DNA of 40,980 nucleotides from Octopus bimaculoides (Eukaryota), in contig NC_068984.1 of assembly GCF_001194135.2 (NCBI RefSeq), forward strand, positions 98,170,727 to 98,211,706. Direction: 5' to 3'. This document shows, one piece after another, positions 24,363-34,732 of the stretch. Position numbers and translations under genes: made by a program. A model generated the notes under the pieces. That model was not told the origin of the DNA. It made no database searches and saw only the letters and a list, made by a program, of their open reading frames with translations. Every line of letters begins with the position of its first letter. The first letter of the stretch is position 1.

Positions 24363-24753
24363 TATAGGAAAGTTGGTTATACATCATTAGATGTATACCT
24401 GACTTTCCTATATAAAATTATGAATATAACGGAACGCTGAACTCCAGACTATCAACTTAAACAACATTTATTCAGGTGGTAAATATATACATCTTTAGCT
24501 CTTGTTGTTACAGCTTCTGTGTGTGTGAGCATAGTTGTTAGGACATTGTTATGTAGATGTAAGCGAGCTGTCGAGTGTAAGTCCGAAAGATGGCGAGTGA
24601 CAGCTAAACATGTAAAGAGACTGTCTCCAGAGTTGGAATGTTGGAGACACTGCTTGACACGTCCATGCTCATGGCCGGCTGACCGAGAAAGAGATTGAAT
24701 TAAGCGGGAAAGCTTGCTTGTTTAATTCCACGCATGCGCACAGCGTTACTACA
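24363..24753 (-). repeat. 3' LTR of element A (391 bp)
   Basis: Starts TGTAGTAACG on the minus strand, has AATAAA at 24467-24472 (minus) and a terminal hairpin at 24363-24412. Confidence 0.85.
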
Positions 24754-26726
24754 GGGCTCCCTTGCCAGTGCGAAAATGCACGATAATATGAAATCTGTTA
24801 GAACGCCTGAGGCAGGATGGCCACTGAAAACCACCCACAAGATGTAGCACAAAACACACACAAAGAAAAATTAAAGAAATGAAATGTACACTCGTGTGAT
24901 ACATGCATGCAATGTACAAAGTGAAGGAATGAAAGAAAAACATGCAATATGGGCAGTAAATGCCACCTAGTAAAAAACAAATGAGACAATGAGAAAACAA
25001 ATCGTGATGACTACTGTCCAGGAACTGGAATCACAGAATGTGAAAGTCTGAGTGTTTGTTTTTACTGAAAGGAAAGAAAATGTATGAGTGCACAAGTGTG
25101 TGTGTGAGAAAAAAAAACACAGAACATAGTAAAAGTGTCTGTAGAGAAAAAATCCAGTTTGTACAAGAGTCCCACAAGGAGATAGAATGTCCGTACTCAG
25201 GAAGTTGTGGTCAGTTGTGACCGGTTACCTGGTACGGAATATTCTATGAAAGTTACACAAGGAAAATTTGGTCTGTTGATCGTGAATGGAAACATCCACT
25301 CTAACAGAGTCAACAAAACCGAGTGTGTTGATATGGTGTGTCCCTGGTGGTGGGGTTGTTGGCGCACGACATTGTGGTAGACAGTACATTGATGGTGAAG
25401 ACGTCGGCACAGGAACTGTAATATAGCTGTGTTCTGTGTGTGTGGTGGTAATGATGTTGACAGTGGTAACTTGGCGACGTCGAGGGGAATGCTTGTAGTT
25501 GGTAGTAGTAATTGTTGTTGTCACGGTGGTAATCTTGGTTGAACGAAGCTGGTGGCGAAAAGGCTGTTTGGTGATGAGTGTTTGAAGAGGTGCGCTTTTA
25601 CAGACAGTCGACAGACAAATCTCTGTACGACCATTAGCGAAAACCTCTAAGAAATATTTTCTTAACCCAAGATGAAAAAAACGACCGTGCGAACTCAAAA
25701 AGGAGAAATGGTGACGAATGGAAAAACAGAGGACTCCTTTTATTTAAACGTGTCACACGGTCGAACACCAAAATATATATCAAAGNNNNNNNNNNNNNNN
25801 NNNNNNNNNNNNNNNNNNNNNNNNNNNNNNNNNNNNNNNNNNNNNNNNNNNNNNNNNNNNNNNNNNNNNNNNNNNNNNNNNNNNNNNNNNNNNNNNNNNN
25901 NNNNNNNNNNNNNNNNNNNNNNNNNNNNNNNNNNNNNNNNNNNNNNNNNNNNNNNNNNNNNNNNNNNNNNNNNNNNNNNNNNNNNNNNNNNNNNNNNNNN
26001 NNNNNNNNNNNNNNNNNNNNNNNNNNNNNNNNNNNNNNNNNNNNNNNNNNNNNNNNNNNNNNNNNNNNNNNNNNNNNNNNNNNNNNNNNNNNNNNNNNNN
26101 NNNNNNNNNNNNNNNNNNNNNNNNNNNNNNNNNNNNNNNNNNNNNNNNNNNNNNNNNNNNNNNNNNNNNNNNNNNNNNNNNNNNNNNNNNNNNNNNNNNN
26201 NNNNNNNNNNNNNNNNNNNNNNNNNNNNNNNNNNNNNNNNNNNNNNNNNNNNNNNNNNNNNNNNNNNNNNNNNNNNNNNNNNNNNNNNNNNNNNNNNNNN
26301 NNNNNNNNNNNNNNNNNNNNNNNNNNNNNNNNNNNNNNNNNNNNNNNNNNNNNNNNNNNNNNNNNNNNNNNNNNNNNNNNNNNNNNNNNNNNNNNNNNNN
26401 NNNNNNNNNNNNNNNNNNNNNNNNNNNNNNNNNNNNNNNNNNNNNNNNNNNNNNNNNNNNNNNNNNNNNNNNNNNNNNNNNNNNNNNNNNNNNNNNNNNN
26501 NNNNNNNNNNNNNNNNNNNNNNNNNNNNNNNNNNNNNNNNNNNNNNNNNNNNNNNNNNNNNNNNNNNNNNNNNNNNNNNNNNNNNNNNNNNNNNNNNNNN
26601 NNNNNNNNNNNNNNNNNNNNNNNNNNNNNNNNNNNNNNNNNNNNNNNNNNNNNNNNNNNNNNNNNNNNNNNNNNNNNNNNNNNNNNNNNNNNNNNNNNNN
26701 NNNNNNNNNNNNNNNNNNNNNNNNNN

Positions 26727-27130
26727 AGGAAAGTTGGTTATACATCATTAGATGTATACCTGACTTTCCTATATAAAATTATGAATATAACGGAACGCTG
26801 AACTCCAGACTATCAACTTAAACAACATTTATTCAGGTGGTAAATATATACATCTTTAGCTCTTGTTGTTACAGCTTCTGTGTGTGTGAGCATAGTTGTT
26901 AGGACGTTGTTATGTAGATGTAAGCGAGCTGTCGAGTGTAAGTCCGAAAGATGGAGAGTGACAGCTAAACACGTAGAGAGACTGTCTCCAGAGTTGGAAT
27001 GTTGGAGACACTGCTTGACACGTCCATGCTCATGGCCGGCCGACCGAGAAAGAGATTGAATTAAGCAGGAAAGCTTGCTTGTTTAATTCCACGCATGTGT
27101 GAGACTACGCATGCGCACGGCGTTACTACA
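26727..27130 (-). repeat. 5' LTR of element A (last few bases lost in the gap)
   Basis: Direct repeat of 24366-24753 with an extra 16 nt (cgcatgtgtgagacta). Confidence 0.85.
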
Positions 27131-27552
27131 CTTACATTAGATGAAATTTGTTGTGGCACTTTTCTATAGCAGGATGCCCTTCTTGTTACCAACTGTTACT
27201 GGTTTCCAAGTGAGATGATATTTCCCCAAGGCTAGACTTGTGCCTCATGGAAGACTAGAAGCAAATGCCATTGCTTGTATTATGGTGAGGCTCACAGTTA
27301 TAGGTGCATACAAGTAGTCAAGCATGCACAAACATGTACACACTTGTATTTATCTAGACTCAACATTGTATTATCTCATTGACATTAGAGTTCTGTTGCC
27401 TTGCTTTCATTTTATATAAATCCAGCTAAAGGCCCTACTGTTTGTGTATACAGAAACAATCAGCTGTCAGATCAAATTGAATATATGCTCTGCTATTTAA
27501 AACACTTTATGGAAGTGTGATCTTGTGGATTGTTTGATCTAGAATATCAGAT

Positions 27553-27604
<52 letters not shown>

Positions 27605-27769
27605 CTAACCCCCATAATAGCATGGAAAAACAAGTGTATGTATGTATGTCTAGGCACTGTATGGCCAAATGCAAATGAACTATCTAAATAAAAACTATAT
27701 AGATGCCTGTCAGTTGGATTGTGTGTAATACAAGTTAGAGCCTGGTTCACACAAACACACACACAGTCA

Positions 27770-27895
27770 TTCTAAGAATTATGTTAAATTAAAGATACAT
27801 ATGTCTGTGGAATGCTCAACTATTTGCATGTCAACTGAGTAGATAATTCAATTGGCTAAACAACTGAATCCTCGTCACTGATACTGACGGAGAAC
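27770..27895 (+). mobile_element. 3' part of a family B SINE
   Basis: gatacatatgtctgtggaatgctcaac...atcctcgtcactgatactgacggag aligns with the reverse complement of 1958-2085. Confidence 0.7.
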
Positions 27896-27904
27896 TATAT
27901 ATAT

Positions 27905-27945
27905 AAGTATGTATGTATGTATGTATGTATGTATGTATGTATGTA

Positions 27946-28017
<72 letters not shown>

Positions 28018-28038
28018 TGTCTGTCTGTCTGTCTGTCT
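27905..28038. repeat. Compound tetranucleotide microsatellite (TATG)n(TCTG)n(CCTG)n(TCTG)n
   Basis: Seen directly. Confidence 0.95.
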
Positions 28039-28199
28039 TGTTACGAATGCCCGCTCGCGAAGCACCTCGACGAAGAGAAAACTCCCTAGTTCTTTGTCGT
28101 CCCGACAAAAGCAAACAACATTTCTAACTCCTTCCTCGATGCCTTTTTTCGGTGCGTAGGAATTTCGACTCGTCTGCATTTCTCCGGTTGACACACATC

Positions 28200-28986
28200 C
28201 AGTCACTGTGGTACATTTGCACTTCTTACTGTGCACTTCTCCTGCACAATGCAACTGACTCTGCCGCTGGTCCACTGCCTGGCACAGTCCCATGATTTGT
28301 CCTTTACAAATCCTCTGTGCCACTGTAGAATTGGCTGCTACAACTAGCACTTAATTAGCGCCTGCTTTCACGGTTCTTCCCACCATCTCTCCAGCTTTCA
28401 ACTTGCCTTGTCTGTCGGGCTCCACCAGCCCCAGACAGCCATCAATCGGATTGCTCACACGACACTGGAGCAGCTTTTCCGACCTCGGTGGTACTACCGT
28501 CGTCCGTAGCGCTCTTACCTCGCTACCGGGCGTGGTCCGTCTTACCACCTTAACAGGGACCGATCTTCCCTGTACTGAAAGCTTCACTAACTGCAAGTCC
28601 AGCTGACAAGCCATGGACGTTAAATAGTCTAGTCCCAAAATGCATGAATCCTCCATTTCAACCATATAAACAGGAAGCACAACTTCCAATCCGGCAACAT
28701 CAATCCGGACATTAACTGGCCCTCTCAGCTCAGTGCAATGTCCGGTTACACCACACAACTGCTGTGATGACTCCGGCAGGTCTAGGTCCTGCAACACATT
28801 GGAACTCACAAAAGTTTGTCCCGAGGCCATATCGATTACCAGAGAACACGTCCGGCTGTTAACTTTTCTGTTCACTCGTAGGCTGTCCATCACAGTCCTA
28901 GCATGCCGTCTCGAGTGTGGGGCTTCTTTGGAACGTCTGGCTGGTGGTTGCCCCTTAACACCAGCTCCTCTTAGTTTTCCGACTCT
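28200..28986 (-). pseudogene. Gypsy aspartic protease region (start of pol), in the -1 frame relative to gag
   Basis: The frame is open from 28986 and reads ...CSLVIDMASGQTFVS (degenerate DTG active site)...PVYMVEMEDSCILGLDYL...GLVEP. An in-frame TAA at 28351-28353 is followed by VLVVAAN...KGQIMGLCQAV. The left boundary is approximate. Confidence 0.82.
28919..28980 (-). promoter_or_regulatory. Predicted -1 programmed ribosomal frameshift signal (slippery heptamer plus pseudoknot)
   Basis: G_GAA_AAC (28980-28974) lies directly before the gag TAA. After an 8-nt spacer come stem 1 GCTGGTG/CACCAGC and stem 2 GGGGC/GCCCC. pol is in the -1 frame across this site. Confidence 0.62.
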
Positions 28987-30087
28987 TTATTTCTTGTTGG
29001 GTAGACATATCTCAGGTGTCCCTTTTCCTTGCAACTCCAACACTCGCCCTTGAAAACAGATCCTGCTCTATCGTTCTGTTTCTTCTCTCGCCGCCAACTG
29101 TAGCAATCCCGCCACCTGTGTCCACTTCTCCCACAGTGCCAACAACGCACACCAGTCATCTCCTCCTTCTGCTCACAAAGTTTACGACTATTTCCAAGTC
29201 CTTCAACTTCATGGACTTTTACTCTTCTAGCCTTGAATCCGGAGCTGCCACTCACCCGGAAATTTCCGGTGCTAGATTTCACATAGGACTCAAACTCCAT
29301 AGCCCTAGCCAGCGCCTCCTGCATCGTACCTGGCCGCGTCTGTTTCACCTGGACCTTCAGATCTATACTGTACAGCGCATCGATGAACTGTTCCTTTAGA
29401 AGAAGAGACAATAGCTCGGGGGGGTCGCTGTCGGGTAGGCTTTGTGTACCGTGCTTTCCAAATCCTGGGCAAGCTTCTGTAGAGGCTCCCCTCTAGCCCT
29501 AACACGGGTGCGAAAGCGTGCCCTGTACATTTCGCTCTGGCACATAGTTCCATATTTCCTGTTGAGAACTTCAGCCAGCGCCGAGTATCGATTCCTGTCT
29601 GCTTTCAACAGCTGGCCCAGCACCTCCAGTGCAGGACCCTTCAGACTAGTGGCAAGCTGAACGGCACTTTGCCCCTCGTCCCAATCATTATGGTCCGCTA
29701 GCATCTCGAACTGAATCCAGTAAACTTCCCACGACACCTTGCCATCAAACTCCTGTGGCTTCTTCCTAACGGAGACCCGCATCCAGACGTCGGAGTATCA
29801 CGTGATGACGCAGCAACAGCAACTACTTCAGGTTTAGCAACCTTAGGCTCGGCAGCACAAAATTTCTCAACATGCACCAGCCTCTTGTCCAGCTTTTCCA
29901 TCTGCTGCTTGCACCATGTGACATCACTAATCAGTCCGCGGAACTCCTCCCAAAATTGTCAGTGATCCTCCCGCATCCATTGTTGCTCTTTCATGAGTTC
30001 AGCGAAGCTCTCCTTCCGTTCTTCCAGCATCCTCACAATCAAGGCCCTCCTCGCCTGGCCCTCCGCTCGTGCACCTTCCGAAGCCAT
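28971..30087 (-). pseudogene. gag: Gypsy gag: coiled-coil N-terminus, capsid-like region and two zinc knuckles; disrupted
   Basis: ATG at 30087 (MASEGARAEG...), in-frame TGA at 29959-29961, and frameshifts near 29790 and in a C7 run near 29420. Motifs: KPQEFDGKVSWEVYWIQFE, YRARFRTR, EQFIDAL, CWHCGRSGHRWRDC and CWSCKEKGH (second knuckle lacks its final C). Confidence 0.9.
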
Positions 30088-30125
30088 AACGAACAACTAA
30101 CTCACTGCAGCAATTTATCAATCAT

Positions 30126-30142
30126 TCCCACTTCTGACACCA
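30126..30142 (-). promoter_or_regulatory. Primer-binding site complementary to the 3' end of tRNA-Leu
   Basis: Minus strand TGGTGTCAGAAGTGGGA, 4 nt downstream of the LTR end, is complementary to the ...TCCCACTTCTGACACCA 3' end of metazoan tRNA-Leu(CAA/CAG) as recalled. Confidence 0.85.
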
Positions 30143-30301
30143 GTTTTGTTACGAACGCCCGCACGCGTAGCACCTCGACGAAGAGAAAACTCGCGCGAAC
30201 GTCGACGCTCAGTGAGTCGGGATGTTCGCCACAACTAAGCCCCGGCCGGAGCATGCAACGATGACAACAAGCAAAAGGAGGAAGAAATAACACGGAGACC
30301 A

Positions 30302-30966
30302 TGTGTTGGGTAGTGGAACTAACTTTTTTCTTTTTACATGATCAACAAAACATCATCACAATAAATTCATTGCGTAGCAATTCAATAGCATTTAACAAAG
30401 GTTTCAGAACATTGCATAATCAAAATTTACAATCAAGAGTTCATATATCAAGTCGAATTAAAAGTTCTTTCACTTCGTTGTTTTTCTTTTCCATTAACAA
30501 CATGTCACAAAGTTCTTTCTTTTCTTTTCCACCCGTCAACATCACAGTTAACGAAATCTCTTTTTCTTTTAAAACATGTAACGACGAAGTACATTTTAAA
30601 GAATATTTAAACAAACCTTCACCGCACGAATTTCCTTTCTTGCAAAACTCCTACTACAATCCAAGAAGTGACCAACTACAACCTTTTTTTCTTTCGCCTG
30701 CCACACAGTTCCATCTCTCTGATTCCTCTCTCTGATTGCTTCAGTCCCTATCTGCTGACTATAGGCTCTCTCTCTCTCAGCCTCTCTCTGTCAGTCTCTC
30801 TCTGTCCATCTTCACTGGCTCCACTGGCCTTCACATCAACTGCTGGACATCTTCACTGGCTGACGTTCTTCATCCAACTCCCTGGCCAACTGCTTGATGC
30901 CAACTCAACTGATACCAAATCTCTGTTCTCGTATTTATCACAAATACCGTAGTTCACAGTGCTACA
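30302..30966 (-). repeat. LTR C (or the U3/R portion of one long LTR ending at 30147), preceded by a polypurine tract
   Basis: On the minus strand, GGAGGGAGGAA (30967-30977) is immediately followed by TGTAGCAC. A GATAAATA TATA-like box, a GA-rich tract and an AT-rich 3' part follow. Composition changes sharply at 30301. Confidence 0.65.
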
Positions 30967-31232
30967 TTCCTCCCTCCAAAGCTGGGTCAGTTTAGTACAG
31001 TCCCGTAGCTTGTTTTTCTGAACTTTCGGTGACCAGAAAGGGTCACCGATCACTCCTACACTAAAAATAACTGTACTTGTTCACAGGACAAAGGAAATAC
31101 CATTGTCCTCAACAACCAGAATACGGTTTCAAACCCAGCTCGGGAGCTAGGGATTTAACATTAATGTGTTTTTCGGTGGTCGCATCAATATATATATATA
31201 TAAAAAAATATGTGTATGTATATAAATGTATG

Positions 31233-31265
<33 letters not shown>

Positions 31266-33675
31266 NNNNNNNNNNNNNNNNNNNNNNNNNNNNNNNNNNN
31301 NNNNNNNNNNNNNNNNNNNNNNNNNNNNNNNNNNNNNNNNNNNNNNNNNNNNNNNNNNNNNNNNNNNNNNNNNNNNNNNNNNNNNNNNNNNNNNNNNNNN
31401 NNNNNNNNNNNNNNNNNNNNNNNNNNNNNNNNNNNNNNNNNNNNNNNNNNNNNNNNNNNNNNNNNNNNNNNNNNNNNNNNNNNNNNNNNNNNNNNNNNNN
31501 NNNNNNNNNNNNNNNNNNNNNNNNNNNNNNNNNNNNNNNNNNNNNNNNNNNNNNNNNNNNNNNNNNNNNNNNNNNNNNNNNNNNNNNNNNNNNNNNNNNN
31601 NNNNNNNNNNNNNNNNNNNNNNNNNNNNNNNNNNNNNNNNNNNNNNNNNNNNNNNNNNNNNNNNNNNNNNNNNNNNNNNNNNNNNNNNNNNNNNNNNNNN
31701 NNNNNNNNNNNNNNNNNNNNNNNNNNNNNNNNNNNNNNNNNNNNNNNNNNNNNNNNNNNNNNNNNNNNNNNNNNNNNNNNNNNNNNNNNNNNNNNNNNNN
31801 NNNNNNNNNNNNNNNNNNNNNNNNNNNNNNNNNNNNNNNNNNNNNNNNNNNNNNNNNNNNNNNNNNNNNNNNNNNNNNNNNNNNNNNNNNNNNNNNNNNN
31901 NNNNNNNNNNNNNNNNNNNNNNNNNNNNNNNNNNNNNNNNNNNNNNNNNNNNNNNNNNNNNNNNNNNNNNNNNNNNNNNNNNNNNNNNNNNNNNNNNNNN
32001 NNNNNNNNNNNNNNNNNNNNNNNNNNNNNNNNNNNNNNTAAATATATATACACACACACACGATACTATACTAAACAGAAAATGTGCACAGTTTCTGACT
32101 TATATATGTGTCTGCTTCCATACCTATATTTACACCTGTTTAAAACCCAGTGTAGTTTTTATTTTGACTTTTATACCTCACAGCTTAGCAGTTTGATAAT
32201 TTGAGAACGATAAAATAAGCACTAGACTTAAAGAACATTGGGAGTGTTAGGATCCCTTCTGCAACATGGTTGCTGTCCATGAGAATACATATACATTTGT
32301 GTGTGTGTGTGTGTGCATGCGCACCCTTGAGGAAAGAATGGATATCACACCATCTCATATATATGTAGCCTTGTACCTAAGCAAGAAATCTTACATAAAG
32401 TAGGAAATTTGAAGATTTAGGTTGTGTGTGTGTGTGTGTGTGCATTCATTTGTATCTGTTTGTGTGTGCATGCAAAGATGCCTCCTTGTGTGCGTATGCA
32501 TGCATATATCTGTGTTTTTGTATTTGTTTGAAATTTAATAGCACATGTGTAATATGGATGAGAGAATTGATAAGCACAGACCAATGAGGAGTAAGATAAT
32601 GTGTGAGTGTATGTGTGTGTTTGTGTTCCAACTTTGTTGCTTATCACATCAGATAACAAATGCTCACACACAGAAGAATGTGTGTGAGTGTGTATGCAGA
32701 TAAACATGAATAAACGCATACACATTAATAAACACATGTACAAGTTTATGCTCATATATAGATACAGATCCTATACCTTTATGGAAAGATATTTTGAGAT
32801 GAGGGCTGCATGTATGTATACTCACAGTTGAATACACATATGCAAGCACACAAGTGTAAATCTACTCACGAACATACACATGCACACACAACCACACACA
32901 CACACACACACACTCTCTCTCTCTCTTCTCCTTTATACATGAGAGAGAGAAAAAGAGATTGATATATATGCATGCAGCTAGGTGTAAAAGCATAATCACT
33001 TACTGTGAGGCCTATATCCTTTAATGTCATAAAAGTAACAAGCCTCCTCTTTCTTCTCTTGGACCTTAATATTCTTTTTCTTTTTTTTTTTGTATCCTGT
33101 TATAAAACCTTCCACCTGTTTATCAAATTGCTGCTGATAACATTCACCAGTAAACTTTACACTTCTGGAAAAACCTATGTTTGTGTTTGCATATTAGTTT
33201 ATGTGTGAGAGAGCCTGTTACAATTTCTCTATCAGCATCTTCTACTCAGAATCTTATCTATTTCTTGTATATGCTTATTTTTCTCAGCCTTTAACTGTAA
33301 ATTGTTTCCTTTTTTGTTATTCTGTCTGCACCCACTTTGACTGCCTCATTTTATCAGCTTTTACTTTCCTCGGACATTGCATTTGTTACATAACCTCCGA
33401 CCAGCTTTCCCCAGTGTTACCATTCTTTACATTTCCTTTTTACTATTCATATACATTTTTCACCAGTTTTGTTTTCTTAAATACCACATTTCACTTGCCT
33501 TCCTTTTTCACTTCACACTTGCCCCACCACCTCCTCCTCTCCTTTACACCTTTCTCTCACATACAATGCAGTTACACCTACACACCGCCATTATCTCATG
33601 CCACTACACTCACATACTTGCATGCCTCCAAACACCCTAAGAACAGCATCAGTTTAAAAATTCCCCCATACTCAT

Positions 33676-33733
<58 letters not shown>

Positions 33734-34108
33734 NNNNNNNNNNNNNNNNNNNNNNNNNNNNNNNNNNNNNNNNNNNNNNNNNNNNNNNNNNNNNNNNNNN
33801 NNNNNNNNNNNNNNNNNNNNNNNNNNNNNNNNNNNNNNNNNNNNNNNNNNNNNNNNNNNNNNNNNNNNNNNNNNNNNNNNNNNNNNNNNNNNNNNNNNNN
33901 NNNNNNNNNNNNNNNNNNNNNNNNNNNNNNNNNNNNNNNNNNNNNNNNNNNNNNNNNNNNNNNNNNNNNNNNNNNNNNNNNNNNNNNNNNNNNNNNNNNN
34001 NNNNNNNNNNNNNNNNNNNNNNNNNNNNNNNNNNNNNNNNNNNNNNNNNNNNNNNNNNNNNNNNNNNNNNNNNNNNNNNNATATATACACACACACACAT
34101 ACATATAT

Positions 34109-34273
34109 ACAACAGGCTTCTTTCAGTTTCCATCTACCAAATCCATTCACAAGGCTTTGGTCAGCCCGAGGCTATAGTAGAAGACACTTGCCCAAGGTGC
34201 CATGCAGTGGGACTGGACCCGGAACCATGTGGTTGGTAATCTAGCAACTTACCACACAGCCACTCCTACGCCT
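34109..34273 (-). mobile_element. Family A SINE 5' half with an intact tRNA-like head
   Basis: Minus strand GGCGTAGGAGTGGCTGTGTGGTAAG (A box)...GGGTCCAGTCC (B box)...CCTTGGGCAAGTGTCTTC, matching 1815-1957. Confidence 0.88.
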
Positions 34274-34643
34274 ACACACACACACACACACACACACATA
34301 TATGTTAAAATCTGTCATACCGGCCATGATGAAATACCACAAGGTGTAGAAAATATGAAATACCACAAGGAATATAAATAAAACATAAAAAAACAGACAA
34401 TGTTGGAACTCTTTTAAACAAAATAATATATTCCTCTATACACAATCATACAAAACCCCCCTTTTTTTGTATTTANNNNNNNNNNNNNNNNNNNNNNNNN
34501 NNNNNNNNNNNNNNNNNNNNNNNNNNNNNNNNNNNNNNNNNNNNNNNNNNNNNNNNNNNNNNNNNNNNNNNNCCCAAATATCGTATCCCAAAAGGATAGG
34601 TGATCAAAATCAAAAAATAAGCAACACGGATTTCAAAGGTGAT

Positions 34644-34732
34644 TGCAGTACGCACGTTTCATGCTACTCCAATTTATTTAAGTAATGCGAGCATTACATT
34701 AAATGTAATATGAAGAGCAATCTTCAGCTGCA
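34644..34732 (-). ncRNA. Type I hammerhead ribozyme (Penelope/retrozyme-like minimal form)
   Basis: Minus strand: UGCAG-CUGAAGA-U-UGCUCUUC..41 nt..GGAG(U)AGCA-U-GAAA-CGUGCG-UA|CUGCA. Helix I is UGCAG/CUGCA, the core is CUGAAGA plus GAAA, the cleavage triplet is GUA (cut between 34649 and 34648), and helix III ACGUGCGU is self-complementary. Confidence 0.78.

Larger units (their letters stand above)
24363..27130 (-). mobile_element. Gypsy-like LTR retrotransposon A: two near-identical LTRs, 4-bp TSD, short internal region partly in a gap
   Basis: LTRs at 24363-24753 and 26727(gap edge)-27130 differ by about 7 substitutions and one 16-bp indel. Minus-strand termini are TGTAG...CTATA (one change from CTACA), with TSD CTTA at 24359-24362 and 27131-27134. 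The internal region has a frameshifted integrase C-terminal remnant (KYF...NGRTEI.SVD.L..AHL, ~25590-25700). Confidence 0.8.
28039..30300 (-). mobile_element. Gypsy-like LTR retrotransposon B: LTR end, PBS, gag, protease, then truncated (no RT/RNase H/integrase) and joined to another LTR end
   Basis: The LTR terminus CGTAACA (minus) occurs at both 28039 and 30147, sharing ~48 bp. A PBS, gag and protease remnants lie between them. The sequence is CpG-rich relative to its flanks. Confidence 0.88.

Noticed and set aside
25672-26751. Long ORFs spanning N runs (also 19800-20352, 31077-32204, 33201-34244, 38984-40138)
   Set aside because: Their length comes from N codons and dinucleotide repeats. 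Only the RTE part (39687 onward) is real coding remnant.
30285-30302. TGGTCTCCGTG directly after the putative LTR C end, as a second PBS
   Set aside because: I could not match it convincingly to any tRNA 3' end I recall.
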